From the NCBI GenBank assembly GCA_043826355.1, contig JBDRQI010000005.1, positions 48,678 to 112,677 on the forward strand: 64,000 bases of DNA, in the 5' to 3' direction. This DNA comes from Candidatus Omnitrophota bacterium (GTDB lineage: Bacteria > Ratteibacteria > UBA8468 > MWAK01). Position numbers and translations under genes: made by a program. This document shows positions 1-10,031 of this stretch, piece by piece. A model generated the notes under the pieces. It did no database searches, was not told where the DNA came from, and saw nothing but the letters and a program-made list of their open reading frames with translations. How positions within the stretch are numbered: the first letter of the stretch is position 1; the number at the start of each line of letters is the position of its first letter.

Positions 1-366
1 TTTCAACCAGGGCATCTTATCCGGAAACACCTCCTGCTTCAGGCCAAAAACGGTTGCCAGAAAACCGGTGCCAAAATTAACTCTAACCGAAGGAACGCTA
101 TCGCTCTTTGCCCGCAAAATATCCAGAATCGGCCAGAGTTGCTCGTAGAGCATCTTCTCCGGGTCAAAAAATTGCTCTTTGAGGTCAAAAACAGGATAGT
201 TCTCCCTCTCTGGAAGAGACTCTTCAGAAACCAGAATGGGCAGGTAGTCCGGCTCTTTTCCATACCAGACTGCAGACTGACGTTCTTCGGCTTTCTCTAA
301 GATAACCGGGTCAACTTCCTTCTTAATTAAACCAAGTAATTCATCAAGCGGAATTTTTTCGCTCAT
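1..366 (-). CDS. hypothetical protein, N-terminal part (gene runs off window start)
   Basis: ATG at 364-366 (reverse strand) reads MSEKIPLDELLGLIKKEVDPVILEKAEERQ... in an open frame to position 1. Not in the ORF track because no stop lies inside the window. No recognisable family. Confidence 0.4.
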   Translation of the reverse strand, partial: MSEKIPLDELLGLIKKEVDPVILEKAEERQSAVWYGKEPDYLPILVSEESLPERENYPVFDLKEQFFDPEKMLYEQLWPILDILRAKSDSVPSVRVNFGTGFLATVFGLKQEVFPDKMPWLK

Positions 367-384
367 TTTTTCCTTTCTGTCTCC

Positions 385-1017
385 CTAATCCCGGGCGAGC
401 GTCAGACCGTAAACCTCTTCTGCGCCGGCCGAAAGAAGACGGCTTCGGCAGGCATTCAAGGTGGCGCCGGTGGTCAATACGTCATCCACCAAAAGGCACC
501 GCCTACCTTTAAACGTTAACGGTTTTCGAACCTGAAACGCATCGGAAACATTTGCCATCCGCTCTTTCCCGGAAAGACCGGTCTGGGAAGGCGTATTTCG
601 GAAACGAATCAGAAATCGGTTTAATACGGGCAGGGAAAAAGAAGCGGCTATCTCCTGTCCAAGCAGTTCCGACTGGTTAAAATAACGCTCCCGAAACCGG
701 GTTGGATGGAGCGGTACCGGAACAACGCAATCAATCCGCTCGTTAAGTTTATGGCGCCGGCATAATTCAATCAGAAATTCAGCCAGGTGCGGAGCCAGAA
801 AAACCTCCCCGCGGTACTTGAACCGGTGGATGGCGGTTACAATCGGTTCCCGGTAACGCACGGCACTGAAAAGGTGGGGAAGAATAGCCACGGTCAACGG
901 TTCAATCCGGATGTAACATTCCATACAGAAAATTCCGGGCGGAATTTTTTTTCCGCAGGCACAGCAGAAATAGGGGTAAAATAAGTCAAGGATTCCCTGT
1001 CCTAAATTTTTGAACAT
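385..1017 (-). CDS. comF: ComF family protein (double zinc-ribbon plus phosphoribosyltransferase domain)
   Basis: N-terminal CxxC...CxxC (FCCACGKK...CMEC) followed by the PRTase motif LLVDDVLTTGAT. Confidence 0.8.
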   Translation of the reverse strand: MFKNLGQGILDLFYPYFCCACGKKIPPGIFCMECYIRIEPLTVAILPHLFSAVRYREPIVTAIHRFKYRGEVFLAPHLAEFLIELCRRHKLNERIDCVVPVPLHPTRFRERYFNQSELLGQEIAASFSLPVLNRFLIRFRNTPSQTGLSGKERMANVSDAFQVRKPLTFKGRRCLLVDDVLTTGATLNACRSRLLSAGAEEVYGLTLARD

Positions 1018-1028
1018 ACAATTGTAGT

Positions 1029-1100
1029 CATTCCCACAGATAGTAAGTGGGAATCCAAACCAATAAGGTGTAGATTCCCGCCTACCACATGCGGGAATGA
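1029..1100. repeat. Tandem pair of family-A hairpin repeats (ATTCCCAC-N9-GTGGGAAT and ATTCCCGC-N9-GCGGGAAT)
   Basis: Inverted repeats read directly. The same composite recurs at 34285-34375; single copies lie at 31583, 51863 and 59782. Confidence 0.7.
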
Positions 1101-1126
1101 CAAATTATTTTTTACCGATGTATTAA

Positions 1127-2038
1127 TTACAATTTTTCCAAATACTTCTGGGCTGAAGATACTGCCAGCGCACCCTCGGCGCAGGCGGTCACCACCTGGC
1201 GCAAAACCTTTTGGCGGCAGTCACCGCAGGCGAAAACCCCGGCCATCGAGGTTTCCAGCGTCTCATCGGTGATAATGTATTTATGGTTATCGACTTTAAT
1301 TTCCGGCGGCAGAAAATCGGTGTTGGGCTGAGTGCCGACAAGTACAAAAATTCCGTCAACCGGCAGTTCTTTTTCTGCGCAGTTTTTAAGGTTCTGAAGC
1401 CGGATGCTCTTAACCGCATCGGTTCCGCTGATTTCCTGCACGATTGAATTCAAGATAATTTCAATCCTGGATTCGGCAAAAAGTTTTTCCTGAAGCGCCT
1501 GCGAGGCCCGGAGTGCTTCGCGACGATGAACCAAAAAAATTTTTGCTGCCAGCCGGCTCAGAAAAAGCGCTTCGTGAACCGCGGTGTTGCCGCCGCCGAT
1601 TACCGCCACGGTCCGGTTGCGAAAAAAAGGTCCGTCGCAGGTGGCACAATACGATACGCCCCGACCAATCAGTTCTTTTTCGCCCGGCACATCGATTTTT
1701 TTGGGCTGGGCACCGGTAGCAACAATTACGGCTTTTGCCTCGTAAATATCTCCGGCCGAAATGAAAAATCGGTGTTCCCCTTCCTTCTTAAGTCCGGTTA
1801 CCTGACCGCTGATAATCCGGGTGCCGGCCTTTTCGGCCTGTTCCTTCATTTTGGCGGTCAGATCCCGACCGCTGATACCACTTGGAAATCCGGGATAGTT
1901 TTCGATCAGACTGCTCCAGACGGCCTGACCGCCAACAGCGGTTTTTTCCAGGATAAGAACCTGCGATCCTTCGCGCGCAGCATAGATACCGGCGGTCAAA
2001 CCAGCCGGACCGGCACCGATGATTATTAAATCGTACAT
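1127..2038 (-). CDS. trxB: thioredoxin-disulfide reductase
   Basis: GAGPAG FAD motif, redox-active CATCDG, second NAD(P) Rossmann motif GGGNTA. Confidence 0.9.
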   Translation of the reverse strand: MYDLIIIGAGPAGLTAGIYAAREGSQVLILEKTAVGGQAVWSSLIENYPGFPSGISGRDLTAKMKEQAEKAGTRIISGQVTGLKKEGEHRFFISAGDIYEAKAVIVATGAQPKKIDVPGEKELIGRGVSYCATCDGPFFRNRTVAVIGGGNTAVHEALFLSRLAAKIFLVHRREALRASQALQEKLFAESRIEIILNSIVQEISGTDAVKSIRLQNLKNCAEKELPVDGIFVLVGTQPNTDFLPPEIKVDNHKYIITDETLETSMAGVFACGDCRQKVLRQVVTACAEGALAVSSAQKYLEKL

Positions 2039-2056
2039 CGCTCTCCCCCTTTTAAA

Positions 2057-2722
2057 TTAGGTACGTGTAGGCCTGGGGCCGAAAATACCGGTACCGATGC
2101 GCACCAGATTAGCGCCTTCCTCAATAGCCACCCGGTAAGAATCGCTCATACCCATCGAGAGATAACGCATCTCCGCGTTTGACGGAACAGAACTTTTAAG
2201 CCCTGCCCATAATGCCTTTGTCTCCTTAAAATACGGCCTTAAGTCCTCAGGGTTAATGCAAGTCGGCCCCATAGTCATTAACCCCATAATTTTTAGGTTG
2301 GAAAATCCGGAGATTTTTATGAGAAACGGCTCCACCTCTTCCGGCATCACGCCGAACTTCTGGGGTTCCCTTCCGCTGTTTACTTCAACAAAGATTTCTA
2401 TTTTCTTGCCGATGGCTCTGCTGCGGCGGTCAATCTCCGCGGCCATCTCCGGAGAATCAACCGTCTCAATGAGGTCAAAGAGCGCAACCGCTTTCTTTAT
2501 CTTGTTCTTCTGGAGATGGCCGATGAAATGCCAGGAAATTTTGCGGCCGACCGCTTGAAAATGGGCCTCTGCTTCCTGCAAGTAATTCTCGCCGATAATT
2601 CTCACCCCGGCTTCCACCGCCCCCAGGATTTCCGCCGGGCTCCGGCTTTTTGCCGCCGCAACCAATTCGCAACCGGCCGGCAGTTTTCCTAAAATCTCCT
2701 TTACGTTATCCGTAATGATCAT
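2057..2722 (-). CDS. yggS: YggS family pyridoxal phosphate homeostasis protein
   Basis: About 220 aa with an alanine-racemase N-terminal-like fold (VAAAKSRS...IGENYLQE...HFIGHLQ.NK). Confidence 0.8.
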   Translation of the reverse strand: MIITDNVKEILGKLPAGCELVAAAKSRSPAEILGAVEAGVRIIGENYLQEAEAHFQAVGRKISWHFIGHLQKNKIKKAVALFDLIETVDSPEMAAEIDRRSRAIGKKIEIFVEVNSGREPQKFGVMPEEVEPFLIKISGFSNLKIMGLMTMGPTCINPEDLRPYFKETKALWAGLKSSVPSNAEMRYLSMGMSDSYRVAIEEGANLVRIGTGIFGPRPTRT

Positions 2723-4662
2723 AGTATTAAATTTAACAATATCCCGGTCAAAAAAGCAACGGACAGGGTCAGAACCAATATTTTTGCCGTATCTTTTATC
2801 CCCATCTCTTTTAACAGAACGAAAAAGGTGGCCAGGCAGGGCAGGTACAAGACCAGAAAGGTGCTGGCCACGACCAGCTGTTTGGCGGAAAGGTTAAACG
2901 GCACCAGCAGCGCGATGGATATATCTTTTCTCAAAAAGCCCAGAAGCATGACCGAAGAGATTTCACCGGGCAGACCCAGCATCTTGACGATAACTGGTTC
3001 GAATGGCTTTGAAATAAATTCGATGATGCCGGCTATATCCAGGATATTCACGAAAAGGACGCCCAGCATAATCAGGGGAATCGCTTCAAAGATAAAACTT
3101 TTTACCCTCATCCAGAGTTTTTTCAGCAGCGGCAATATCCTCGGCATCTGATAGGCGGGGATTTCAACGAACAATTCGGGGGCCTCACCTTTCAACAACT
3201 TGTTAAGAACGGAACCGCTGATTACGGCTACAGCCAAAAGCGTCCCGAAAACGATGGCCAGATATCTCAAACCGTATTTTCCCAGGATACTCAAAATCAT
3301 CGCGCTTTGCGGCATGCAGGGGGCAATCATTATAATCAGCGTCAGCGCAATGACCTTCTCCCGGCGCGTCTCCAGAATTCTGGCAGAGAGCATCGCAGGA
3401 ACCTTGCAGCCCAAACCCAGGATTAACGGGATGGCGCCGTAACCGTGCAGGCCGAATTTATGCAGAATGTTGTCAAGCAAAACGGCCAGGCGGGGCAAAT
3501 ACCCTAAATCCTCCAGAAAACCCAGGACAAAATAAAAAGATAATATGTAAGGAAGCACGACGACAAAGGGAATGTAGATGCCGGTGGTAAGAACGCCGAA
3601 AGATTCCATAACACCATGGGTAGTCCCCAAAAATAAGTTCTGCAAAACACCCGGAGGAAGAAGAAATTTTACTGCGTCAGTAACCGCCGGATGATATACC
3701 CTGTTAAAGAACGGGTCAAGGATACGGGTTATCAGGCCTTCGCCCACAAACCTTATGACATAAAAAGTAAGCGCCAGAACGATAAAAGCGATGGGAAAAC
3801 CCGTCAAAGGCCTGATGCAGGCATCGGCCAGTTTCTCCAGGAAGGAAGGATGCTTGTGCACGGTCTTCTGGACATGGCCGCTGATTTCACCTATTAATTT
3901 CCATTTTTCGTCGTTCCCCGCCGGAATTTGCCGGGACGGGGCGCGCCGGGTGGAGATGGTTTCTTTAAACGCCTTTAAAAAATCTTTAATGCCTTCGCCG
4001 GTAACAGCCACAAAAGGAATTGTCTCTACCCCCACCCTCCGGGACAACCCCTCAAGGTCAATGCTGATGCCCTTCCATTTCGCCATATCCCACTTATTAA
4101 GCAGGATAATCGTGGGTATGCCTTTTTCCAATATTTGCAGCGAGAGATAAAGGTTTCTTTCCAGGTTGGTTGCGTCAACCACGTTTACGACCAGGTCCGG
4201 CTTTTCCCGCAACAACATTTCGGATGCCACTTCTTCCGCTTTATTGGTGGGTTCAAGGGTATACGCGCCGGGAACGTCGATAATCTTAATCCGCTCCTTC
4301 TCCACCCAGGCGGTGCCGGATGTATACTCAACGGTTGTTCCCGGATAATTTGAACAGATGGCATCCAGCCCGGTCAACCTGGAAAAGACCGCGCTCTTGC
4401 CCACGTTGGGGTTGCCCATCAAAAGAACTTTTATCTTTCTTACCTCCACCATTATCTTTTTGGCCATCCCGTATCCGACGGCGGACTTGGAACCGTCTAT
4501 TTCCAGCACCACCGGCCCGCCGCGGCTTGGTTCGTTTACCCTGCGAACCGTTTTACCAACCCGGATTCCCAAACTCTCCAGTTTCCGCCTTAAACCATGG
4601 CCGCCCTGCAGTTCTTTGATTATGCCCTGCTCGCCCGATTTTAATTCACTCAATGTAAGCAT
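2719..4662 (-). CDS. feoB: ferrous iron transporter FeoB with N-terminal FeoA domain fused
   Basis: FeoA-like SH3 domain in the first ~75 aa, then G-domain GNPNVGKS and DxxG, then a polytopic membrane domain. Confidence 0.9.
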   Translation of the reverse strand: MLTLSELKSGEQGIIKELQGGHGLRRKLESLGIRVGKTVRRVNEPSRGGPVVLEIDGSKSAVGYGMAKKIMVEVRKIKVLLMGNPNVGKSAVFSRLTGLDAICSNYPGTTVEYTSGTAWVEKERIKIIDVPGAYTLEPTNKAEEVASEMLLREKPDLVVNVVDATNLERNLYLSLQILEKGIPTIILLNKWDMAKWKGISIDLEGLSRRVGVETIPFVAVTGEGIKDFLKAFKETISTRRAPSRQIPAGNDEKWKLIGEISGHVQKTVHKHPSFLEKLADACIRPLTGFPIAFIVLALTFYVIRFVGEGLITRILDPFFNRVYHPAVTDAVKFLLPPGVLQNLFLGTTHGVMESFGVLTTGIYIPFVVVLPYILSFYFVLGFLEDLGYLPRLAVLLDNILHKFGLHGYGAIPLILGLGCKVPAMLSARILETRREKVIALTLIIMIAPCMPQSAMILSILGKYGLRYLAIVFGTLLAVAVISGSVLNKLLKGEAPELFVEIPAYQMPRILPLLKKLWMRVKSFIFEAIPLIMLGVLFVNILDIAGIIEFISKPFEPVIVKMLGLPGEISSVMLLGFLRKDISIALLVPFNLSAKQLVVASTFLVLYLPCLATFFVLLKEMGIKDTAKILVLTLSVAFLTGILLNLIL

Positions 4663-4669
4663 GCAGATT

Positions 4670-5590
4670 TCAGGAGTTAACGCTGTGGTATTCGTTTTTC
4701 CCGATACGCCGATTTTTAATCAGACCTTTTTTTGTCAAACCGCCCAGGACTTTAATTATCTCATTCGGGTTGCAACCGGTAACCAAAACGATGTCTTGTA
4801 GGGTCAACGGCCGGCGTTTAAGCGTCGCCAGAATGAGTTCTTCTTCGGCCTGAAAATGGGCCGGTTCCCGTCCGGCAAATTCCGCGATTATCTCGCAACC
4901 CGGCCCGATAATTTCAGCGGCTTTTTCCATCTCAGCCTGGACAAGGGGGAAGAATCCTTCTTCCGCCGGAGGCCGCACCACGGTATTCAACTGAATTTTG
5001 TCGATTTTTAAAGATTTAATTGTCTTTCGTATCTTCTCTAGTTCGGACTTTGAATCGTTAACACCTTTCACCAGCATTATTTCCAGCCATATCTTGCCCG
5101 GATACTCCCGGCTGAATTTACGCAGACCTTCAATCATAATCTTCGATTTCAAATCCGGGTGGGGCCGGTTGACAGCTTGAAAAATTTTCTCGGAAACCGC
5201 GTCCAGGGAAGGAACCACAACATCCGCCTCCATTAAATCCTGCCGCACTTCTTTTTGGCAAAGTAGAGAACCGTTGGTCAGGACCGCAATGGGAATCCGG
5301 GTAATCTTCTTTAAACCACAAATCATCTTACCCAGTTCGGAATTGAGGGTCGGCTCACCGGAACCGGAGAAGGTAAGGAAATCTACGCGGGGATTCTTCT
5401 TAAGGAGTTCGGTAACTTCGGCAATTATCGTTTCCGCCGGCACATATGGTTTTCGCTCCAGGGTCAATTCCGGCGTCGGCCCCAACTGGCAATAAACGCA
5501 GTTGAGCGTACAGGTTTTGGCCGGAATAACGTCGATCCCCAGCGAAAAACCTAAGCGTCGTGAAGGCACCGGCCCGAAAAGATGCTCCAT
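4670..5590 (-). CDS. radical SAM protein (GPVPSRRLG-type) with C-terminal winged-helix domain
   Basis: CTLNCVYC is a CxxxCxxC radical SAM motif, preceded by FGPVPSRRLGFSLGI. The C-terminus looks like a wHTH (LTLQDIVLVTGCNPNEIIKVLGGLTKKGLI). Confidence 0.65.
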   Translation of the reverse strand: MEHLFGPVPSRRLGFSLGIDVIPAKTCTLNCVYCQLGPTPELTLERKPYVPAETIIAEVTELLKKNPRVDFLTFSGSGEPTLNSELGKMICGLKKITRIPIAVLTNGSLLCQKEVRQDLMEADVVVPSLDAVSEKIFQAVNRPHPDLKSKIMIEGLRKFSREYPGKIWLEIMLVKGVNDSKSELEKIRKTIKSLKIDKIQLNTVVRPPAEEGFFPLVQAEMEKAAEIIGPGCEIIAEFAGREPAHFQAEEELILATLKRRPLTLQDIVLVTGCNPNEIIKVLGGLTKKGLIKNRRIGKNEYHSVNS

Positions 5591-5624
5591 ACCTTTTTAT
5601 CATAACCGAAAGCAAGGGAAATCG

Positions 5625-6248
5625 TCAATGAACCTTCTTTGCGCTAACTACAACAAATCCGCCTTTACCGAACCCTTTTCCGGGATTTTGAATTGAACCT
5701 ATTTTTTCGGGTAAATTATATATAGTTTGATAATATGAAAATCTGCCAAAGCCCGTCTTTTTCAACAAGTCAGTCAGTTCACCGACGCTGAAAAATTTTG
5801 CCTGTTTGTAAAATACGCTCTTTTTCTTCTGATAGAACCTGCCTAAAAAACTATCCCGGTCGACGATGCCGAGAATTATCCTGCCTTCTTTTTTTAAAAC
5901 CCTCCTTGCCTCGATCAAAACTTTTAAAGTATTTCTGACAAAACAGATGGTAATTATAATTACGGCATAATCAAAAACAGAATCTTCAAACGGCAGTCTT
6001 TCCCCATAACTCAGATGCGCGTCTATGCCTCTTTTACGGGCGATTCCAAGCATATTTTCCGAAGGGTCAACTCCATACCTTATCCCCAGAGCAGACGCAA
6101 ATCTCCCTGTACCCACGCCGATTTCCAATCCTTTGCCTTTTTTCGGTAAAACCTTTTTTATGGCTTTCAGTTCCGAAAGATAGGCAAATGTATTCCGCTC
6201 ATACCAGGCATCATACTTTTTGTAATATCGGTCAAATATGCCTTCCAT
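5625..6248 (-). CDS. class I SAM-dependent methyltransferase
   Basis: Motif I LEIGVGTGRF; about 200 aa Methyltransf_11-like. Confidence 0.75.
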   Translation of the reverse strand: MEGIFDRYYKKYDAWYERNTFAYLSELKAIKKVLPKKGKGLEIGVGTGRFASALGIRYGVDPSENMLGIARKRGIDAHLSYGERLPFEDSVFDYAVIIITICFVRNTLKVLIEARRVLKKEGRIILGIVDRDSFLGRFYQKKKSVFYKQAKFFSVGELTDLLKKTGFGRFSYYQTIYNLPEKIGSIQNPGKGFGKGGFVVVSAKKVH

Positions 6249-6272
6249 ATCCGTGTTTGCTTGAAGCGCCCG

Positions 6273-7544
6273 TCACGAATTCACCGATTGAGACTCATCA
6301 AGCGAATGTGTCGGCGCAATAATCTGTTCAAGTTTATTGTCGCGATATTTCTCAATCACCTCTTTTACCGTTGAGTCTTCGTCTATCTTATAAATGTCCA
6401 CAAAATTATCTTTCAGCATATAGAAAGACAATTCTCCGATGCGGGATGTAAAGAGCAAATCCAGTTTATATTTAACGACGGTCTTGATAACTTTAATCCC
6501 TATGTGTTTAGTTTCTTTAAGAAACTCATTATAGTAAAAATCTTCTATCTCCGGCTCGTCATTTTTGAGCCTTAAAATAAGGTAATAAGGCGCCCGGCCA
6601 AAATGTCCGTAAACTTTTGAATTTAAACCATCAATATTTTTTACCGGAATAACGGCTGAAACAGCTTTTTCTTTTGACGGTTCAACGTGAATGAAAACCG
6701 ATTCTATGTGTTCGTAATTTTTTACTATAAAATCTTCCGTTTTATCCGCTAATTCATGCGCCCGGTATAAAGGCAAAGCGGGAGAAGTTTTTATTTTGCA
6801 CTCAACCATCTTAAAAGGGCCTGCCTGTCGAATCTTTACCTCGCTTACGCCTTTCACTCCATATATTTCATTTACCTTTTTTTCAATTTCGTTTTGTAAC
6901 TCCGGGTCAAGATTCGCATCCATTAAAACCAAAAATGCTGTCCGCGCATTCGTTAAACCCAGTTTAAAGATAAGGATTGAAATCAATATGATAACAAAGC
7001 CTTCAACGTAGGGAATCTTCGCGTAAACCAATACTATGCCTAAAAGAACTACTATTGATGTATAAATATCCAAAAACGATTCGGAAGCATTGGCCAGAAG
7101 AGACTGCGAACCTATTGCCCGACCAACCGCTTTCTCTTTTTTTGCGATAAAATAGGCGGCGATGATGGAAATTATACTTGCGCCAACCGGAAAAATTGAA
7201 ATTTCCCGAATAGAAAGAGGACGAAAAAATCTTTGGTACCCGTCTTTGAAAATCTGGATTCCCGCCCAAACAATTAAAATACCGATGATAAGGCTTCCCA
7301 ACGTCTCCGCTTTATACAATCCGTAAGGAAATGTCTTGCTTTTTTTCTTGGAAGCAAGCCACAGGCCGAATCCGGAAGCAAAAATAGCCAAAACGTCGGC
7401 TCCGCTGTGGAAAGCATCGGCTATCAATATCTTTAAATCAAATAAATACCCCACCGCCGCTTTTATCAGAGCCAAAAAAATTGTCGCAAAAGTCGCAATG
7501 AAGGCTATTTTCTGTCCTTGTTTTAAACCTTCCGTTCTCTCCAT
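6273..7544 (-). CDS. cation diffusion facilitator (CDF) transporter fused to a C-terminal NifX/NifB-like (dinitrogenase FeMo-cofactor biosynthesis) domain
   Basis: Six-TM CDF core (ADAFHSGADV..., LYKAETLGSLIIG) plus cytoplasmic domain. The extra ~120 aa C-terminus carries VYGHFGRAPYYLIL, typical of the NifX-like domain family. Confidence 0.7.
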   Translation of the reverse strand: MERTEGLKQGQKIAFIATFATIFLALIKAAVGYLFDLKILIADAFHSGADVLAIFASGFGLWLASKKKSKTFPYGLYKAETLGSLIIGILIVWAGIQIFKDGYQRFFRPLSIREISIFPVGASIISIIAAYFIAKKEKAVGRAIGSQSLLANASESFLDIYTSIVVLLGIVLVYAKIPYVEGFVIILISILIFKLGLTNARTAFLVLMDANLDPELQNEIEKKVNEIYGVKGVSEVKIRQAGPFKMVECKIKTSPALPLYRAHELADKTEDFIVKNYEHIESVFIHVEPSKEKAVSAVIPVKNIDGLNSKVYGHFGRAPYYLILRLKNDEPEIEDFYYNEFLKETKHIGIKVIKTVVKYKLDLLFTSRIGELSFYMLKDNFVDIYKIDEDSTVKEVIEKYRDNKLEQIIAPTHSLDESQSVNS

Positions 7545-7553
7545 AGCAAAAAC

Positions 7554-7772
7554 CTATTCCTCATGGAAAAATTGGCGGGCCATAATGGAACCGCACCGCG
7601 GACATCTTGTCTGGAAACAAGGCAACCCGGAACTGCGCGGCATAATCAAACCGCATTTAGGACAAACGCAAACGGGCACGGGTCCCCGGGAACCAAAAAC
7701 CCCCGGCCATCTTCCGTGAAATCCCCTCCCCCTACCGCCTCTACCCCTACCTTTTCCGAAACCAAACGGCAT
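7554..7772 (-). CDS. DUF5320-like Gly/Arg-rich small protein with C-terminal zinc ribbon
   Basis: MPFGFGKGRGRGGRGRG... then CPKCG...CPRCG. Paralogous to 19906-20151 and to the DUF5320 protein at 22304-22708. Confidence 0.6.
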   Translation of the reverse strand: MPFGFGKGRGRGGRGRGFHGRWPGVFGSRGPVPVCVCPKCGLIMPRSSGLPCFQTRCPRCGSIMARQFFHEE

Positions 7773-7858
7773 TTTTTCTCCTTTTCAGCTAAAAAATTTT
7801 TACAATTTGTGATGTAAGTTTTGCCAGTTTTTTTTTATCGATTCGGAATTTTTTCGTT

Positions 7859-9703
7859 TCACTTTTCTAAGATTTTCCGCACCTTTCCCCAGATCTTCTT
7901 TATGCTGTCGGTTAAGGCCGTATTTGTATATTCAACCACCGAAAGTTTCCGCATCTGCGCTTCCGTAACCTCTTTTCCGTACGGTATCACCCCCAGAAAT
8001 TCCGAACCGTGTTTCCCCGAAAGTTCCCTTATCTTTTCGGTCATTTCTTCATTCAAATCATACTTGTTTACGACTATGCCCGACTTGACCCCAAAATGCT
8101 TGATTACCTGCAATATCCTTTCCAAATCGTGCACGCCGGACACCGTGGGCTCGGTAATTGCCAGGGCGTAATCGGCTCCCGTAATGGAAGATATTACCGG
8201 ACAGCCCGTGCCGGGGGCTCCGTCCATTACGGCCCTGTTTCTCTTATTCCGCTCGGCAAGCAGGGCGGCTTTATCCCTGACCAGAGTAACCAACCTGCCG
8301 GAGTTTTCCTCGGCCACTCCTAATTTAGCGTGGCTCATCGGGCCAAACCGGGTATCGGACATAAACCATTCGCCGTTAACGGCCGGCCTGGTCTTTACGG
8401 CGCCATACTCACACACCAATTCGCACACCCCGCATCCTTCGCAAGCCAGTTTATCAATTATATATCTTTTTTTATTCTTCTCCCGGAATTCATTAATGGC
8501 AAAAAATCTGCAGGCTTCTTTACATTTTCCGCATTGGACACACGCCTTCTGGTCTATTTCCGCCTCTACCCCCCCACTAAAAAAACTTTTCTCTTTTATT
8601 CGGGGCGATAAGACCAGATGCAAGTCCGCCGCGCCGACATCGCAATCGGAAATCACGCTATTTTTTGCCAAAGCGGCGAAAGACGCCGTCAAAGAAGTTT
8701 TTCCGGTTCCGCCTTTTCCGCTGATAACCACTAATTCCCTGGGCTTTTTAGCTCCGGAAACGCCGTACTTCCTGACTTCTTCAGGAATTTTTTTACCGGA
8801 TAATCTATCCTTTTTCACTAACTTCGGTATTTTTTTCTCACCTTGGGCCAAAATTAATATTTTATCACCCAGGGTTTCAAACATTTTTTTTATTTCGGGA
8901 AACTTCTCTACCGCCATTTCACCCCGGGAATAACTTTCGGCTATCCGCCGTTGGTCGGGAATTTCTCCGATTATATCCAGTTCTTCCTTTAAACAATATT
9001 CCTTTAAAGCCGCATCTTTATATTCGGCCCGATTGACTATTATTACCGGTTCCTGTCCTACTTCCCTGGCCATATCTACGGAAAGTTTCAGGTCGTTTAT
9101 ACCAAAAGGAGTGGGGTCGGTAACCAGAATGCATACATCAACGTCTTTAACCGTTTCCACCACCGGACAACTTGTCCCGGGCGCCGAATCCAAAATATTA
9201 ATTCCTTCTCCGATACATTCTTTTACTCTTTTTACCAACCGGGGCGACATACCCCCCTCTGCCGTTTCCAGCAACGCGTAATAGACCTTTATCTTATCGC
9301 TTACACCCTCCTTCATAACGCCTATTTTTCTTTTCTTTTCAATAATCGCATCCACCGGACAGACAATCTTGCATGCGCCGCAGACATGGCATAACTCGTT
9401 GAATATGAGTACCTGTTTGTTAACCACCGCTATCGCATTATATTTGCAGACCTGTGCGCATTTACCGCATAAGATGCATTTTTTTTTATCCGCCTCCGCC
9501 GGGGCGATTAAATTAATATCTTCTTCCTTGTTGATGACGGGCTTAAGAAACAGGTGCCCGTTAGGTTCTTCCACATCGCAGTCCAGATAGCGAATCCGGC
9601 TGTACTTTTCAGCCAATACCTTTGCCAGATTTGTTGCGATAAAAGTTTTGCCTGTTCCGCCTTTGCCGCTGGAAATAGCAATTTTTATGTTAATTTTTTT
9701 CAT
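7859..9703 (-). CDS. tandem-duplicated MinD/ParA-type P-loop ATPase with 4Fe-4S ferredoxin inserts
   Basis: Two Walker A motifs (SSGKGGTGKT and ISGKGGTGKT), each followed by a double CxxCxxCxxxCP ferredoxin cassette. Confidence 0.8.
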   Translation of the reverse strand: MKKINIKIAISSGKGGTGKTFIATNLAKVLAEKYSRIRYLDCDVEEPNGHLFLKPVINKEEDINLIAPAEADKKKCILCGKCAQVCKYNAIAVVNKQVLIFNELCHVCGACKIVCPVDAIIEKKRKIGVMKEGVSDKIKVYYALLETAEGGMSPRLVKRVKECIGEGINILDSAPGTSCPVVETVKDVDVCILVTDPTPFGINDLKLSVDMAREVGQEPVIIVNRAEYKDAALKEYCLKEELDIIGEIPDQRRIAESYSRGEMAVEKFPEIKKMFETLGDKILILAQGEKKIPKLVKKDRLSGKKIPEEVRKYGVSGAKKPRELVVISGKGGTGKTSLTASFAALAKNSVISDCDVGAADLHLVLSPRIKEKSFFSGGVEAEIDQKACVQCGKCKEACRFFAINEFREKNKKRYIIDKLACEGCGVCELVCEYGAVKTRPAVNGEWFMSDTRFGPMSHAKLGVAEENSGRLVTLVRDKAALLAERNKRNRAVMDGAPGTGCPVISSITGADYALAITEPTVSGVHDLERILQVIKHFGVKSGIVVNKYDLNEEMTEKIRELSGKHGSEFLGVIPYGKEVTEAQMRKLSVVEYTNTALTDSIKKIWGKVRKILEK

Positions 9704-10031
9704 ATTTACCGTATTTCTCGCAATTTTTTATCTGGGAAACCGTCCTTTTCGATTCCTGCCTCCTGTTTTGCCACGGCCAAAATCTCCTCTCCTTCCAAAA
9801 GAATTTCTGCCTGTAAAAAAGGGGGGTGGGGTTTTTAGAAAAATTCAGGTCGTTTTTTGACGGACTAAAATTAATTGCTCTCGCAGGACAAACATTGACA
9901 CACCTACCGCACTCGGTGCATTTATTAGTACTAATATGAGCAATATCTTTAATTAGAGTTATTGCTTGCGCCGGACAAACATTTATGCAAGCGCCACAAC
10001 CTCTACATTTAGTAATGTTAACGCACACCAT
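9690..10031 (-). CDS. 2x[4Fe-4S] ferredoxin
   Basis: CRGCGACINVCP and CTECGRCVNVCP. The ~50-aa low-complexity tail crosses homopolymer runs and overlaps the downstream gene by 14 nt, so the true stop is uncertain. Confidence 0.65.
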   Translation of the reverse strand: MVCVNITKCRGCGACINVCPAQAITLIKDIAHISTNKCTECGRCVNVCPARAINFSPSKNDLNFSKNPTPLFYRQKFFWKERRFWPWQNRRQESKRTVSQIKNCEKYGKYEKN

